Below the pieces are notes generated by a model. It saw nothing but the letters and a program-made list of their open reading frames with translations, was not told the DNA's origin and did not search any database. The position numbers and the translations under genes were made by a program. Shown here in pieces: positions 1-11,643 of a stretch of 64,000 nucleotides of DNA (positions within the stretch are counted from its first letter, which is position 1; every line of letters begins with the position of its first letter). Source of the DNA: Clostridia bacterium (GTDB lineage Bacteria > Bacillota > Clostridia > Oscillospirales > CAG-272); contig JAFXGC010000182.1 in assembly GCA_017513325.1 (NCBI GenBank), forward strand, positions 17,106 through 81,105. The letters are read 5' to 3'.

Positions 1-670
1 TCACAAGCTCAATATCGCGTGCGATCTGCGCCCATTCGCTCTCAGAGCAGATTCCTCTGTGTCCGTGAGCCTTTGCATATTCTCCGTCGTGAATATATCC
101 GCCTCGAAGAAGGTCATTGACCTCGCAATGGGCAACTATCATTTTGCCAAGCTCTTTTGCCTTTATCATTGCAGCTTCCATCATTGCGTCTGTCTGCACG
201 CCGCGTCCGTCGTCGCTGAAGGCGATAGCCTCGGGCATATCTGCCATATCGGAAAGTTCTTCGCCCATCTGCCCCTTTGTGATGGTTGCGTAGGGATAAA
301 CTCTGATTTTTGCATCGCGACCGATGATATCAAGCTGTACTTTCAGATTTTCCGCAGAATCGGGAGCAGGCTTAAGGTTTGGCATTGAGCAGACGTCTGT
401 ATATCCGCCTCTTGCCGCCGCTGCCGTGCCGCTTGCAATGGTTTCTTTGTATGAAAAACCCGGCTCTCGCAAATGCACATGTACATCAGCAAAGCCGGGA
501 AATATAAAACTACCATTCAAATCGAAAATAATAGCATCATCGGGGACAAAACCGCCACTGAAAGTGTCGGAAACAATACCGTTCTCAATAACAAGAGTGC
601 CGTATTCAAAGCCGTTTTCTGTATATATATTCGCGTTTTTGAGTACTGCGTTCAGCATACTGTCCTCCAT
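1..670 (-). CDS. pyrC: dihydroorotase, N-terminal ~223 codons (3' end lies beyond the window start)
   Basis: Not in the ORF track because it runs off the window. Manual reverse-strand translation from ATG 670-668 gives [20 protein letters not shown]...[47 protein letters not shown]. The HxH metal site and following motifs are typical of dihydroorotase. Confidence 0.8.
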   Translation of the reverse strand, partial: MEDSMLNAVLKNANIYTENGFEYGTLVIENGIVSDTFSGGFVPDDAIIFDLNGSFIFPGFADVHVHLREPGFSYKETIASGTAAAARGGYTDVCSMPNLKPAPDSAENLKVQLDIIGRDAKIRVYPYATITKGQMGEELSDMADMPEAIAFSDDGRGVQTDAMMEAAMIKAKELGKMIVAHCEVNDLLRGGYIHDGEYAKAHGHRGICSESEWAQIARDIELV

Positions 671-800
671 TATATTCATTTTCATAAGTATACCATATTC
701 CTCGATTTGTGTCAATATATAAAATACAGCAAAAAGATTTGTTCAGTGTGACTAATATTTAGATATATTACAGTCATTCGCAGTGTCCCTATGTGGAAAG

Positions 801-841
801 CAAAGAAAACTGCCCAACGTTCCATAAGGAAAGTTGGGCAG
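801..841 (-). terminator. rho-independent terminator after the GH13 gene
   Basis: Stem ctgcccaac (810-818) pairs with gttgggcag (833-841). It is followed on the minus strand by a U-rich run (complement of caaagaaaa, 801-809). Confidence 0.6.
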
Positions 842-851
842 GACTTAGTTT

Positions 852-2741
852 TTATTTATCTTCGTTCATATCGAAGCTTTTGATAACGATTGCTGATTCG
901 GGAGCGAGAGTTCCGTTGAAATACTCTCCTGTGAGCACGTTTCTGCCCACGATTCCGCAATTTGCGTTTGTTTTATTCACGTTTGCCGCGATTATGAGCT
1001 TTTCATCACCCTCTCCGCGCTCAAACATTATAAATCCGCGATTATATCTTATTACTTTGAAAAGACCGTCCTCAAGCACTTTTTCACGCTTACGCATAGC
1101 GCCAAGGCGTCTGTAGTGCTCAACAAGCTCCGCTTCTTCATTTCCCCAGGGGAACGTTGCGCGGCAGAAGGGATCGTGATAGCCTTCAACGCCCGCTTCA
1201 TCTCCGTAATAAACAGATGGCACGCCGTACACTGTATACTGAATGAGGGACGCGATCTTAAGCAGTTTTATTGCTCTTGCTCTGTTTTCGGGACTCATTT
1301 TACGAACAGAAAGCTCGCTGTTTGAAAGTCCCAAAGATTTATGAGAACAGTCGCCCAGCTCGGTCAGTATTCTGTCTGTATCGTGTGTTCCCACGATATT
1401 CATAAGGCAATCGCTGACACATTTGGGATAAGAAGCGTAAAGAGTTGTGAGAGTGTTTGCAAGGTCGGCAGAATTTCCGTTCAGGACAAAGTTCATAACG
1501 GAGGTTCTGAAGGGATAGTTCATAACGCTGTCAAGCTGACCGCCCTGAACGTATTTTCTGCGGCTTCCGTATGCCACCTTATCTGCTGCATTTTCCCAGA
1601 CTTCGCCGATAATTATTGCATCGGGATTTGCTTTTTTAACTGCAACTCTCAGCTCATCAAGGAAAATATCGCAAAGCTCGTCGGCAACGTCAAGTCGCCA
1701 TCCGCCGATATTTTTATTTACGTATTTAGCGCAGATACCATCGTCGGCAGTGAAATACTTTCTGCACTCCTCATTATTATGATTAAGTCTCGGCAGGATA
1801 TCTATTCCCCACCAGCTGTCGTATTTACCGTCGGGCTTGAAGCAATACCAATCGCGATAGGGAGAATCCTCACTTTGCCATGCTCCAAGGCTATCGTATT
1901 TACCTTTTTTATTGAAATAGATACTGTCATCACCCGTATGGTTGAAAACTCCGTCAAGAACAAGCTTGATGCCGTATTTTTCAGCCTCTGTGATAAGGTT
2001 ATCAAGAGCTTCGTCGCCGCCAAGGCATTCGTCCACACGGTTATAATCGCCCGTATCGTATCTATGGTTGGAATAGGCTTTAAAAATAGGGTTCAGGTAT
2101 ATAATAGTTACGCCCATTTCACGAAGATAGGGCAATTTTTCCGCAACTCCCCACAGGTCGCCGCCATAGAAAAGGTTGTTTTCAAGGTGCGCGCCGGGAT
2201 AGATGCTATACTGGGAAATTGGGGCTGACCAATCGCTTTCATAAACTGCGTCAACTCTGTCCTGCTTCACTTTTCCGCTTTTGCAGAATCTGTCAGGGAA
2301 TATCTGATACATAGTGCCGCCGCAAAACCACTTGGGAGTGGCAAAATCTTTATCATACACTGTGAGCATAAAGAATTTTCCGGGGCGCTTATCAAGATTG
2401 AAATGAACGTTATCATATGCGCAGGTATAGAGAATATCAAATCCGCGATGGAGCAGGAAGGTATAGTAATAAAGACCCACGCCAACCTTGGACATATCAA
2501 GCTCAAGCTCGTATGTTCCCTCCTCGGTCCAGCTGAGATCCATATCTATATCCGGCTGCCCGTCCTGATGAAGTCGCATTGTTACAGCTGTAACGCCGCT
2601 GCTTCTGTCGCAACGAACTGTCCATCTGATCTTTTCCGCCTCAGAAAAGGCGCCAAAAAGGTTTACGTCCTTTTCGCCGCAATGCTTTTCTATGGTGATT
2701 TCCGATTTTGCCGAAAACTGATCGGCCATTTTAATAAGCAT
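852..2741 (-). CDS. GH13 alpha-amylase-family glycosidase (neopullulanase/maltodextrin-hydrolase-like)
   Basis: 629-aa ORF with the GH13 conserved regions DGVFNHTG, GWRLDVADE, GEVWE and GTHDTDR. It is the last gene of the glycogen operon. Confidence 0.85.
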   Translation of the reverse strand: MLIKMADQFSAKSEITIEKHCGEKDVNLFGAFSEAEKIRWTVRCDRSSGVTAVTMRLHQDGQPDIDMDLSWTEEGTYELELDMSKVGVGLYYYTFLLHRGFDILYTCAYDNVHFNLDKRPGKFFMLTVYDKDFATPKWFCGGTMYQIFPDRFCKSGKVKQDRVDAVYESDWSAPISQYSIYPGAHLENNLFYGGDLWGVAEKLPYLREMGVTIIYLNPIFKAYSNHRYDTGDYNRVDECLGGDEALDNLITEAEKYGIKLVLDGVFNHTGDDSIYFNKKGKYDSLGAWQSEDSPYRDWYCFKPDGKYDSWWGIDILPRLNHNNEECRKYFTADDGICAKYVNKNIGGWRLDVADELCDIFLDELRVAVKKANPDAIIIGEVWENAADKVAYGSRRKYVQGGQLDSVMNYPFRTSVMNFVLNGNSADLANTLTTLYASYPKCVSDCLMNIVGTHDTDRILTELGDCSHKSLGLSNSELSVRKMSPENRARAIKLLKIASLIQYTVYGVPSVYYGDEAGVEGYHDPFCRATFPWGNEEAELVEHYRRLGAMRKREKVLEDGLFKVIRYNRGFIMFERGEGDEKLIIAANVNKTNANCGIVGRNVLTGEYFNGTLAPESAIVIKSFDMNEDK

Positions 2742-2769
2742 AAAAATCTATATCCTTAATTTAAGTTAT

Positions 2770-2815
2770 AAAACCCAAAAGGCAGGTCATGGCGGCAAAG
2801 TTACCGCCTGACCTG
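2770..2815 (-). terminator. hairpin/terminator between glgP and the GH13 gene
   Basis: caggtcatggcgg (2783-2795) pairs with ccgcctgacctg (2804-2815) with one bulge. A U-rich tract follows on the minus strand. Confidence 0.5.
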
Positions 2816-2842
2816 TCGTTATTACAGATTAATTATTTTTAA

Positions 2843-5266
2843 TTAACCCTTGATAAGTCTCTCGATATTCCAGATGCGGTCAGCATATTCCTTAATGCTT
2901 CTGTCAGCGGCAAACTTGCCTGCACCTGCACTATTATAAAGAGATCTCTTGTTCCATTCCTTCTGGTCTGCATATACGCGGGCAACTTCCTGCTGAGCCT
3001 TTCTGTAGGACTCAAAGTCTGCCATGCACATGAAGGGATCGGAGTGGAGCAGATATTCAGCGATGTGTGAGAAGGACTCGCCGTTATATCCTGCGCTGAG
3101 GCTGTTAACAACCTGCTGGAGCACCTGGTTCTCGTGATAGTACTTGGAGCTCTTATAGTCCATTGCATAAACGTACTGAGCTTCTTCTGCTGTGAGACCG
3201 AATGTGAACATATTTGCATCTCCTGCCTGTTCCTTCATCTCAATATTAGCACCGTCAAGAGTACCGATTGTGAGGGCACCGTTGATCATAAGCTTCATAC
3301 AGCCTGTACCGCTTGCTTCCTTACCTGCAAGAGAGATCTGCTCGGAAAGTTCTGCTGCGGGAACGAGAGCTTCTGCCATTGTTACGCAATAGTTCTCAAT
3401 GAATACAACGCGGAGTTTTTCGCTGATTTTCTTATCTTTCGCGATCTCCTGGCTCAGGCACCAAATAAGCTTGATGATCTCCTTAGCCATATGATATCCG
3501 GGAGCAGCCTTTGCACCGAAAATGAATGTTCTGGGCTGGATATCGAGATCGGGGTTTTCCTTGAGCATCTGATACATATGAATGATATTCATAGCATTCA
3601 TAAGCTGACGCTTATATTCGTGAAGACGCTTGATCTGAACGTCGAAGAGAGAATCTGTGTTGAGAACAACACCTGTCTTTTCCTTCATAAGCTTAGCAAA
3701 CTTCACCTTATTCTGAGCCTTGATCTTGCCCAGCTTCTCAAGAACTGCATCGTCATTGGCAAAATTGCGAAGGCCTGCAAGCACTGTGGGATCCTTCTTG
3801 AATCCGTCGCCAACACAATCTGTGATGAGCTTGGAAAGAGCGGGGTTGGAATAGCACAGCCATCTGCGGTGAGCGATACCGTTTGTTACGTTATCGAACT
3901 TTTCGGGCCAGAGGCGATAGAAATTCTTGAATGTGATATCGCGGAGAATACCGGAGTGGATCTCAGAAACGCCGTTTACGTGGTGAGAACCGATGATTGC
4001 AAGGTTAGCCATATGAACCTGGCCGTTTGAAACAACTGCCATTTCAGCAATTCTGTCCCAGTTGCCGGGGAACTTTTCCCAGATCTCGTGGCAGAAACGC
4101 TCGTTGATCTCTTTGATGATCATATAAAGTCTGGGCAGACGGAGACGGAAGATCTCTTCGCCCCACTTTTCAAGTGCTTCGGGAAGAACTGTATGGTTTG
4201 TATAGGAGCATGTGCGGCAAACGATATCCCATGCTGTATCCCAATCCATGCAATATTCATCAAGAAGGATACGCATAAGTTCGGGAACGCACATTGCAGG
4301 GTGTGTATCATTGATATGGATAGCAACCTTATCGGGAAGTGTTTCGATGTTGCCGTATACTGCCATATGGTCACGGATGATGCTCTGGCAGGATGCTGAT
4401 ACCATAAAGTACTGCTGTGTGAGACGGAGAACCTTACCGTCATAGTTATTATCAGCAGGATAAAGAAGCTTACAGATAATATCAGCAGCAAGAGACTTCT
4501 GCGCAACGTTATCGTTGTATCCGCCTGTATAGTCGCCGATAGCGAGGCGCTCGGGAGCTGCTGCTCTTGCCTTCCAAAGACGAAGCTGGGAAACTGCCTC
4601 AGAATCAGCGCCGCTCATCATCATATCATAAGGAACTGCTTCGATTGTTTCGCAGTTATCGTATGCAATAACGTGTCTGCCTTCGTCCCAGAGTTCTCTT
4701 ACCTGGCCGCCAAAGCGTACCTTATAAACTCTGTCCTCACGGGGTGTGAGCCAGATGCCGCCGCCGGGGAGCCAGTTATCGGGAAGCTCAACCTGGTGGC
4801 CATCTATGATTCTCTGCTTAAAGAGACCGTATTCATAGCAAAGGGAGAAACCTGTTGCGGGATAATCGAGAGAAGAAAGGGAGTCGATAAAGCAAGCTGC
4901 AAGGCGGCCGAGACCACCGTTACCAAGACCTGCATCGGGTTCGCAATCATAAAGATCGTCCAGCTTGTGGCCCATAGAAGAGATAGCCTTCTTATAAGTG
5001 TCATCAAGACCAAGGTTACAAAGGTTATTCTTGAGGCTGCGGCCTACAAGATATTCCATACACATATAATATACGCGCTTTGCGCCTTCTTCATTAACCT
5101 TTTTCTTAAATTCCTGACGCTTCGCTGAGAGAATATCGCGAACTGTGAGAGCTGCTGCTTTATACATCTGCTCCTTGGATGCTTCTTCAGGTGTGCATCC
5201 AAAATATCTGGAAAGTTTAGATTCAATGTTAGCCTTTACTTCGGCTGTATTAGGGGTATAATTCAT
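2843..5266 (-). CDS. glgP: glycogen/maltodextrin phosphorylase (GT35)
   Basis: 807-aa ORF. It has the PLP-site motif EASGTGCMKLMINGALTIGTLDGANIEM and the length typical of alpha-glucan phosphorylases. Confidence 0.95.
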   Translation of the reverse strand: MNYTPNTAEVKANIESKLSRYFGCTPEEASKEQMYKAAALTVRDILSAKRQEFKKKVNEEGAKRVYYMCMEYLVGRSLKNNLCNLGLDDTYKKAISSMGHKLDDLYDCEPDAGLGNGGLGRLAACFIDSLSSLDYPATGFSLCYEYGLFKQRIIDGHQVELPDNWLPGGGIWLTPREDRVYKVRFGGQVRELWDEGRHVIAYDNCETIEAVPYDMMMSGADSEAVSQLRLWKARAAAPERLAIGDYTGGYNDNVAQKSLAADIICKLLYPADNNYDGKVLRLTQQYFMVSASCQSIIRDHMAVYGNIETLPDKVAIHINDTHPAMCVPELMRILLDEYCMDWDTAWDIVCRTCSYTNHTVLPEALEKWGEEIFRLRLPRLYMIIKEINERFCHEIWEKFPGNWDRIAEMAVVSNGQVHMANLAIIGSHHVNGVSEIHSGILRDITFKNFYRLWPEKFDNVTNGIAHRRWLCYSNPALSKLITDCVGDGFKKDPTVLAGLRNFANDDAVLEKLGKIKAQNKVKFAKLMKEKTGVVLNTDSLFDVQIKRLHEYKRQLMNAMNIIHMYQMLKENPDLDIQPRTFIFGAKAAPGYHMAKEIIKLIWCLSQEIAKDKKISEKLRVVFIENYCVTMAEALVPAAELSEQISLAGKEASGTGCMKLMINGALTIGTLDGANIEMKEQAGDANMFTFGLTAEEAQYVYAMDYKSSKYYHENQVLQQVVNSLSAGYNGESFSHIAEYLLHSDPFMCMADFESYRKAQQEVARVYADQKEWNKRSLYNSAGAGKFAADRSIKEYADRIWNIERLIKG

Positions 5267-5355
5267 GGGTTTGTTTTTTCCTTCCGGGATTTAATATATA
5301 ATTCTATTTAAAATTTTAAATTCAAAATTTAAAAATTTTATTTTCAACGGTTTTT

Positions 5356-6789
5356 TCACATTTCCTCATACAGATCTGCATAAGCTTCTGCCGATCTTTT
5401 CCAGGAAAAGTCGATTTTCATAACGCGCTGCTGAAGTTTTCTCAATTCCGCCTGATCATCATAAAGCGATATTGCAAGCAGGAGTTTTTCATAAAACGCC
5501 TTTGATGAATACTGACTGAACGTGAGTCCGTTTCCGCTGATGATACCGTTATCGTTGCGATAATCCTTGATTGTATCATAAAGTCCGCCTGTCTGACGGG
5601 TTACGGGAACAGCTCCATAGCGTGATGCTATCATCTGCGCAAGGCCGCAGGGTTCGCTCTTTGAGGGCATAATGAAGAAATCGGATGCAGCATAAACTCT
5701 GCGTGAGAGGCTTCTGTCATAAGTGATAAGAGCTCTCATTTTATCGGGATATGCTTCTTCAAGCCATCTGAAAAAGCTTTCGTATTCATATTCACCTGTT
5801 CCAAGCACTACAAGCTGAACATCGTTTGAAAGCAGCATATGAGAAACTGCGTGAACAAGGTCGATACCCTTATGGGCTGCAAGGCGTGTTATCATTGAAA
5901 ACACAGGAACGTTCTTCTCAGGAAGAGAAAGTTCCTTCTGCAAGGCAGTTTTGTCAAATTTCTTATTGCTTATACTGCGCCACATATAATTTTTTGCAAT
6001 ATTTTCATCGGTATGAGGATCATAAAGCTCCTCATCTATACCGTTGACTATACCGCAAAGCTTATCTGCATTTTTTTGGAACATGGAATGAAGTCCGCAG
6101 CCATATTCCTCGGTTTTGATCTCTTCAGCATAGCGGGGGCTCACCGTCGTTACTTTATCCGCACATTCAATTGCAGCTTTCATAACGTTGAGCGCGCCGT
6201 CAAGCTCAACAAGCTCTGCATATTTCCAGGGGAGGGAGAAAAGGTCGTTAAGATTCTGCATACCGAATTTCCCCTGATATTCAACATTGTGAATAGTGAA
6301 CACGGTAGACACGTTCTTATATTTCTCATTTTCTTCGCTCATCTGCTGAACATACAGAACGCTGAGAGCGCTCTGCCAATCGTTTGCGTGAAGAACGTCG
6401 GGATAGTAGTCCATTTCAGACATCATCTGCGCCACTGCGCGAGAAAAGAACGCGAAGCGCTCTCCGTCGTCATAATGTCCGTAAAGCCCGTCACGCTTGA
6501 AATAAAACTCGTTATCAATAAAATAGAAAATCACACCGTTCAAGCTCAAACTGAGGATACCGCAATACTGATTGCGCCAACCAAGCTGCACGGTGAATAT
6601 TTTTTCAGTTTTCATCTGCTTTCGCCAATTTTCGCCAACACAGCCGTAAAGAGGCAGCGCAACTCTGATATCAGCGCCTGCGCCCATATATTCCTTAACA
6701 GCTTTGGGAAGGCTGCCCATAACGTCACCAAGACCTCCGCTTGAAGCAAAGGGGGTACATTCAGAGCCAACATAAAGAATTTTCTTCAT
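5356..6789 (-). CDS. glgA: glycogen synthase (ADP-glucose type, GT5)
   Basis: 477 aa. The N-terminus MKKILYVGSECTPFASSGGLGDV is the classic GlgA KxGGL-type motif. Confidence 0.95.
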   Translation of the reverse strand: MKKILYVGSECTPFASSGGLGDVMGSLPKAVKEYMGAGADIRVALPLYGCVGENWRKQMKTEKIFTVQLGWRNQYCGILSLSLNGVIFYFIDNEFYFKRDGLYGHYDDGERFAFFSRAVAQMMSEMDYYPDVLHANDWQSALSVLYVQQMSEENEKYKNVSTVFTIHNVEYQGKFGMQNLNDLFSLPWKYAELVELDGALNVMKAAIECADKVTTVSPRYAEEIKTEEYGCGLHSMFQKNADKLCGIVNGIDEELYDPHTDENIAKNYMWRSISNKKFDKTALQKELSLPEKNVPVFSMITRLAAHKGIDLVHAVSHMLLSNDVQLVVLGTGEYEYESFFRWLEEAYPDKMRALITYDRSLSRRVYAASDFFIMPSKSEPCGLAQMIASRYGAVPVTRQTGGLYDTIKDYRNDNGIISGNGLTFSQYSSKAFYEKLLLAISLYDDQAELRKLQQRVMKIDFSWKRSAEAYADLYEEM

Positions 6790-6927
6790 CGTTACCTACC
6801 ATTTATTTTAAACAAAGACGAGTTTTATAACTGAAACCGAGCAAAAAATCGGTAAAAATAAAATCACAAAGGGGCGCACAAGGAGCACGCCCCTTTGTTA
6901 GAATTTATGACTGATCTATATATTATA

Positions 6928-8067
6928 TCAGATCATTTTGCCTTTTGCAACATAAAAAGGCTGAGTTTCGTGACCGGAAAGGTTCACGTCATCTCTGATT
7001 GTTACGTTCTTATCTGTGATAACACAGTTAAGCTGAACGTTTTCTCCTGTGCAGGAGTCCTGCATCATAACGGAGTTCTTAACAACTGTGCCCTTGCGAA
7101 CTCTTACGCCGCGGAAGAGAACGGAGTTGATAACTGTTCCTTCGATAACACAGCCGTCAGCGATAACGGAATTCTTAACAACAGCGCCTTCAGCATACTT
7201 TGTGGGAGCTGTGTTACGAACCTTTGTATATACGGGGCGATCCTTTGTGTTGAAGAGCTCGTTACGAACGTCAGCACGGAGGATCTCCATATTAGCTGTG
7301 AAATACTTGGGAAGGCTGCCGATTTCTGCGTAGTAACCGTCGAAATCGAATGTCACATACTTGGAGGAAGCCATTGCAGCTGCGAGAGCCTGTGTATAGA
7401 AGTCCTTATAACCATAGGAAACTGATGTGTGAAGAGTGCTTACGAGGAAGCCTGTGTTGATAACAACGATGTTTGTGCAAACGTTGAATTCGCCCTTTGT
7501 CATGGGAGAGCAGTCAACGATCTCTGTTACGTTGCCTTCAGCATCAGCATTGATGATTGTATGGGAGCCTGCTTTACCGCCGTCAAGGTTCATCTTCTTT
7601 GTTACGAATGTAACGTCAGCGCCCTTTGCTTCGTGATAATCAAGAACTGCGCTAAGGTCGATGTTGCAGATATCGTCACAGTCAGAAAGAACTACAACTT
7701 CTTCATCGCAGTGGTTGATAAAGTCGATAGCGCCCAGCATTGCTTCAAGTCTGTTTGTATAGAGCTTGCCGCCGATGGGGCTGTCAGAGGAACTTACGTA
7801 GGGAGGGAGGATTCTGATACCGCCGCTTCTTCTTGCAAGGTCCCAGTCCTTACCGTTTCCGATATGGTCCATAAGAGAACGATAATTATTATGAGTGATA
7901 ATTCCAACTTTGTCAATACCCGAATTAACCATATTTGACAAAGTAAAGTCCACTAATCTGTATCTTCCGCCGAAAGGAATGGACGCCATTGTGCGTTCAG
8001 CTGTCATTTCGGGGATGCTTATATCATGAATATTAGAGAAAATAAGTCCTGCAGCAGTCATAATCAC
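6928..8067 (-). CDS. glgD: glucose-1-phosphate adenylyltransferase subunit GlgD
   Basis: 379-aa paralog of the upstream GlgC that lacks the GGxGxRL motif. It overlaps the glgC stop by 4 nt, the usual Firmicute glgC-glgD arrangement. Confidence 0.85.
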   Translation of the reverse strand: MIMTAAGLIFSNIHDISIPEMTAERTMASIPFGGRYRLVDFTLSNMVNSGIDKVGIITHNNYRSLMDHIGNGKDWDLARRSGGIRILPPYVSSSDSPIGGKLYTNRLEAMLGAIDFINHCDEEVVVLSDCDDICNIDLSAVLDYHEAKGADVTFVTKKMNLDGGKAGSHTIINADAEGNVTEIVDCSPMTKGEFNVCTNIVVINTGFLVSTLHTSVSYGYKDFYTQALAAAMASSKYVTFDFDGYYAEIGSLPKYFTANMEILRADVRNELFNTKDRPVYTKVRNTAPTKYAEGAVVKNSVIADGCVIEGTVINSVLFRGVRVRKGTVVKNSVMMQDSCTGENVQLNCVITDKNVTIRDDVNLSGHETQPFYVAKGKMI

Positions 8068-9263
8068 TTCTTATCCTTTCTGAGCTCGGGAATCATTACA
8101 CCGGCATCAATTTTTTCACCGTCGGCAATCACTGTGCCTTCGCCAAGAACTGTGATATCTTCAGCATTGCCAACTTCACCGCCAACGCGGCACTTTGCGC
8201 CGATTGTTACATCGGTGTCGATGAGAGCGTAGCTAAGCTCTGTGCCCTCGCCGATAACTGTTCCACTCATAACAACGCTGTCGCGAACAACCGCGCCGGG
8301 CATAACCTTTACGCCGGGGAACAGAACGGAATTCTTAACTGTGCCGTATACTTCGCAGCCTTCGGAAATGATTGAGTTTTCAATCTTACCGTCGCAGCCA
8401 ACGTACTGAGGAGGAAGTACCTGGTGACGTGTGTAGATTCTCCACTTTTCGTCAGCAAGGGAGAAAATGGGATTCTCGCCAAGGAGGTCCATATTTGCTT
8501 CCCAAAGACTGGAGATTGTTCCAACATCTTTCCAGTAGCCTTCGAATTCGTAAGCATACATTCTCTCGCCTGCCTTGAGCATATTGGGGATAATGTTCTT
8601 ACCGAAGTCGTTGGAGGATTCAGGATCAGCAGCATCAGCATTGAGATACTGTGCCAGCTTACTCTTTGTGAAAATGTAGATACCCATGGAAGCCTTTGTG
8701 GAATCGGGATTCTTGGGCTTTTCGGAGAATTTGAAGATCTTCTGCTCGTCATCTACGGAAAGGATACCGAAGCGGCTTGCTTCCTCGATCGGAACATCGA
8801 GAACTGCGATTGTACAGTCAGCGTTGTTCGCCTTGTGGAATTTAAGCATCTTAGCGTAGTCCATCTTATAGATGTGGTCGCCGGAGAGGATCAGAACGTA
8901 TTCAGCGTCATAACGATCGATGAACTGCATATTCTGATAGATAGCATTCGCTGTGCCCTTATACCAGTCTGCAGAATGTGTGCCCTGGTAGGGAGGCAGG
9001 ATCTTTACACCGCCGTATGTTCTGTCAAGGTCCCAAGGAAGACCGTTGCCGATATACTCGTTGAGGAGCATGGGCTGATACTGAGTGAGAACACCTACGG
9101 TGTCGATGCCGGAGTTAGTACAGTTAGAAAGGGGAAAGTCTATAATGCGGTATTTTCCACCGAAAGGAACCGCAGGCTTTGCAACTTTCTGTGTAAGTGC
9201 GTAAAGACGGCTTCCCTGCCCTCCTGCAAGCAGCATAGCCACGCACTCTTTCTTTTTGAACAC
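8064..9263 (-). CDS. glgC: glucose-1-phosphate adenylyltransferase
   Basis: 399 aa with [37 protein letters not shown] and a left-handed beta-helix C-terminus. Confidence 0.95.
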   Translation of the reverse strand: MFKKKECVAMLLAGGQGSRLYALTQKVAKPAVPFGGKYRIIDFPLSNCTNSGIDTVGVLTQYQPMLLNEYIGNGLPWDLDRTYGGVKILPPYQGTHSADWYKGTANAIYQNMQFIDRYDAEYVLILSGDHIYKMDYAKMLKFHKANNADCTIAVLDVPIEEASRFGILSVDDEQKIFKFSEKPKNPDSTKASMGIYIFTKSKLAQYLNADAADPESSNDFGKNIIPNMLKAGERMYAYEFEGYWKDVGTISSLWEANMDLLGENPIFSLADEKWRIYTRHQVLPPQYVGCDGKIENSIISEGCEVYGTVKNSVLFPGVKVMPGAVVRDSVVMSGTVIGEGTELSYALIDTDVTIGAKCRVGGEVGNAEDITVLGEGTVIADGEKIDAGVMIPELRKDKK

Positions 9264-9350
9264 TTTGAAAATCCTCCTTATAGATTACATTAATATAAAT
9301 AATATTATATTTATAACTTTTTTAGCACTCCCGCTTTTATGTATCGCAAA

Positions 9351-11240
9351 TTATTTTGCAGACGTTTTCTTCACGCGCTTGAAAATACAGGCGCTGTATG
9401 CGGGGAGATTTATTTTCAGCGACTGATCAAAACCGCTTTGGCGGCAATTTGCGCTGCGCACTCTGCCGTTTAGCTTATTTGTTCCGCCATAGTGCCAATC
9501 GTCGCTTGCGAAAATTTCTTCATATATGCCTGCTGAGGGAACACCCAGCAAATAATCGTTTATATCATTGGGAGAAAAATTGAAAACAGCTATTATCTCT
9601 TTTCCTGCGGAATCGATTCTGCTATATGAAACAGTTTTTCTCTCGCTGTCATCTTTTTCTATCCATCTGAATCCTTCCCAGCTGCCGTCGTTTTCCCACA
9701 AAGCGGGGGTTTTCAGATACAGACTGTTGATCTCTGCGCAGAAAAGCTGATATCTGGCATGCTTTTCATAATCAAGCAAAAACCACTGAATGCTCCCTTT
9801 GGGGTCCCATTCATCAAACTGGGATATTTCATTTCCCATAAACGAGAGCTTTTTGCCGGGCTGAGTCATATAATAAGCCATAAACACGCGCATCTGAGCA
9901 AACTTTTCATCATAGCTTCCGTTCAGCTTTCGCACAAGGGAAAGATTTCCGAAGGAAACTCTCATATGTGAAAGAGGAAGGATATGACGCTGAGAATAGG
10001 ACGTATGCACGGGGGCGATTATTTTATTGTGAGAAGCTTCTCTTGCTTCGGGCTGAAGGCTTGCATAGCTTATAACGCTGTCCGTCCACGCTTTGTTCCA
10101 TTTAAGTGAAAATCCGAGACCGTTTGAACGGAAATCAGTTACGTCGCCACGGCTTCCCGAATCCTCTGCTATCATCAGCACGTCGGGATAATACTCAAGC
10201 ATCGTGCGATTGAGCTTGCGGAAGAAGTTCGCCGCTTCATAGGGAGCTCTGTCGATATATATATCGTAGCTGAATCTGCAGTCCTCTTCATTATAGTCAA
10301 GAGAAAGCATTGAGGAAATATCGTCAAATTTTATTCCGTCTATATGATAAATGTCTGCCCAATACACTGCATTAGAAATAAGGAAGCTTTGCACCTGGGG
10401 CTTGCATATATCAAAGCAAACTCCTTTTTTTCCGTTATCTTCTTCGCCCATATGGTATTCATAAACGTAGCCGCCGTCAAAGCGGGCAATTCCATGGCTT
10501 TCTTCGGGGAAGAAGGCGCAGTTCCATTCAAGGATAACTCCGATGCCTGCATTATGCATGGTATCAACGAATGCCATAAAATCCTTGGGATCGCCAAAAC
10601 GGGACGTGGGAGAGAAATATCCTGTAGTGTCGGAAACGATGGCTCCGCCCGAATAATACTCACAAACGGGCATCAGGGAAATATGTGTATATCCCATTTG
10701 AACCACATAGGGAGCCAGCTCCTCTGCAAGCTCTCCATAGGAAAGAAAAGAGCCGTTTTGGCGCTTTTTCCATGATTCGGGATGAACCTGATATATATTC
10801 ATAGGGTTGTTCATAACGTTTTCGCGGATGAATCTTCTCATTCTCGATTTAAGCCAACCCTCATCACGCCATTTATAACCTGAAAGATTGAAAAATCTTG
10901 ATCCGAATTTTGGATAAGATTCACTGTAAAACGCATAGGGGTCGCATTTATGTATCTCTTCGTTGCCCAGTTTGAATTTGTATTCATAAGCAAATCCGTT
11001 TCCAAACCGTTCAGATGAAATGCGCGCTTCCCATATACCTTTATCGTCAACTCTTTCCATAGGATCGTCCTCAGACCATCCGTTGAAAAGACCTGTTACA
11101 AAAGCTTCACTTGCATTGGGAGCCCAAACACGAAAAACATACTCCCTGCCTTCACGGTGAGCGCCGAAATACTCATACGCCTTGAAATTTGCGCCATCAT
11201 GAAAAAGTTGCGGAGCAATGTTCTTATTGTATCGCTTCAT
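9351..11240 (-). CDS. glgB: 1,4-alpha-glucan branching enzyme (GH13)
   Basis: 629 aa with an N-terminal CBM48-like region followed by a GH13 catalytic core. It is the first gene of the glg operon. Confidence 0.9.
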   Translation of the reverse strand: MKRYNKNIAPQLFHDGANFKAYEYFGAHREGREYVFRVWAPNASEAFVTGLFNGWSEDDPMERVDDKGIWEARISSERFGNGFAYEYKFKLGNEEIHKCDPYAFYSESYPKFGSRFFNLSGYKWRDEGWLKSRMRRFIRENVMNNPMNIYQVHPESWKKRQNGSFLSYGELAEELAPYVVQMGYTHISLMPVCEYYSGGAIVSDTTGYFSPTSRFGDPKDFMAFVDTMHNAGIGVILEWNCAFFPEESHGIARFDGGYVYEYHMGEEDNGKKGVCFDICKPQVQSFLISNAVYWADIYHIDGIKFDDISSMLSLDYNEEDCRFSYDIYIDRAPYEAANFFRKLNRTMLEYYPDVLMIAEDSGSRGDVTDFRSNGLGFSLKWNKAWTDSVISYASLQPEAREASHNKIIAPVHTSYSQRHILPLSHMRVSFGNLSLVRKLNGSYDEKFAQMRVFMAYYMTQPGKKLSFMGNEISQFDEWDPKGSIQWFLLDYEKHARYQLFCAEINSLYLKTPALWENDGSWEGFRWIEKDDSERKTVSYSRIDSAGKEIIAVFNFSPNDINDYLLGVPSAGIYEEIFASDDWHYGGTNKLNGRVRSANCRQSGFDQSLKINLPAYSACIFKRVKKTSAK

Positions 11241-11496
11241 ACACTTCTCCCATTTTGACTAATTAACATTTCTTCAATAATTATAACATCAGAAATTCCA
11301 CAATTCAATACATTTGTTTATATAAATTCTCCAATTAATTGAATTTTTTGTATTTTTTTCACTAAAAATCCGCTTTTTCAGCATTTTTCATCCGTTTTTC
11401 TACCTTTTTATTCCATAATTGATAGTTCTTATCATAAGAGTTTTGATTCTTTATTGCACTTTGCGCAAAAAAATGTTAAAAAAAACCGTTTTGCTA

Positions 11497-11525
11497 TTGA
11501 CAATAACCAACGTTTGTGTTATGGT
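11497..11525 (+). promoter_or_regulatory. sigma-A type promoter for the ABC importer operon
   Basis: TTGACA (11497-11502), a 17-nt spacer, then TATGGT (11520-11525) preceded by a TGn extended -10. Confidence 0.5.
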
Positions 11526-11643
11526 AGAAGCATCTTTTTTGTAATTTAGCGCAGAAAAGTGTTAAAGTAATTTTACGGACGAAAAGTCCGTTTCCCCATA
11601 GAGCAAAGGTTCAGCTCCCACGAGGGAAAGAAAGGAAACTCTT

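Noticed and set aside
59-751. Three overlapping plus-strand ORFs (59-388, 324-722, 473-751)
   Set aside because: The minus strand here encodes a clear dihydroorotase N-terminus that the ORF track missed because it runs off the window.
11526-11643. Possible riboswitch or T-box in the ~110-nt leader of the ABC importer operon
   Set aside because: Only one small hairpin (acggac-gaaaa-gtccgt) is present. There is no T-box, preQ1 or other conserved riboswitch core that I can recognise.
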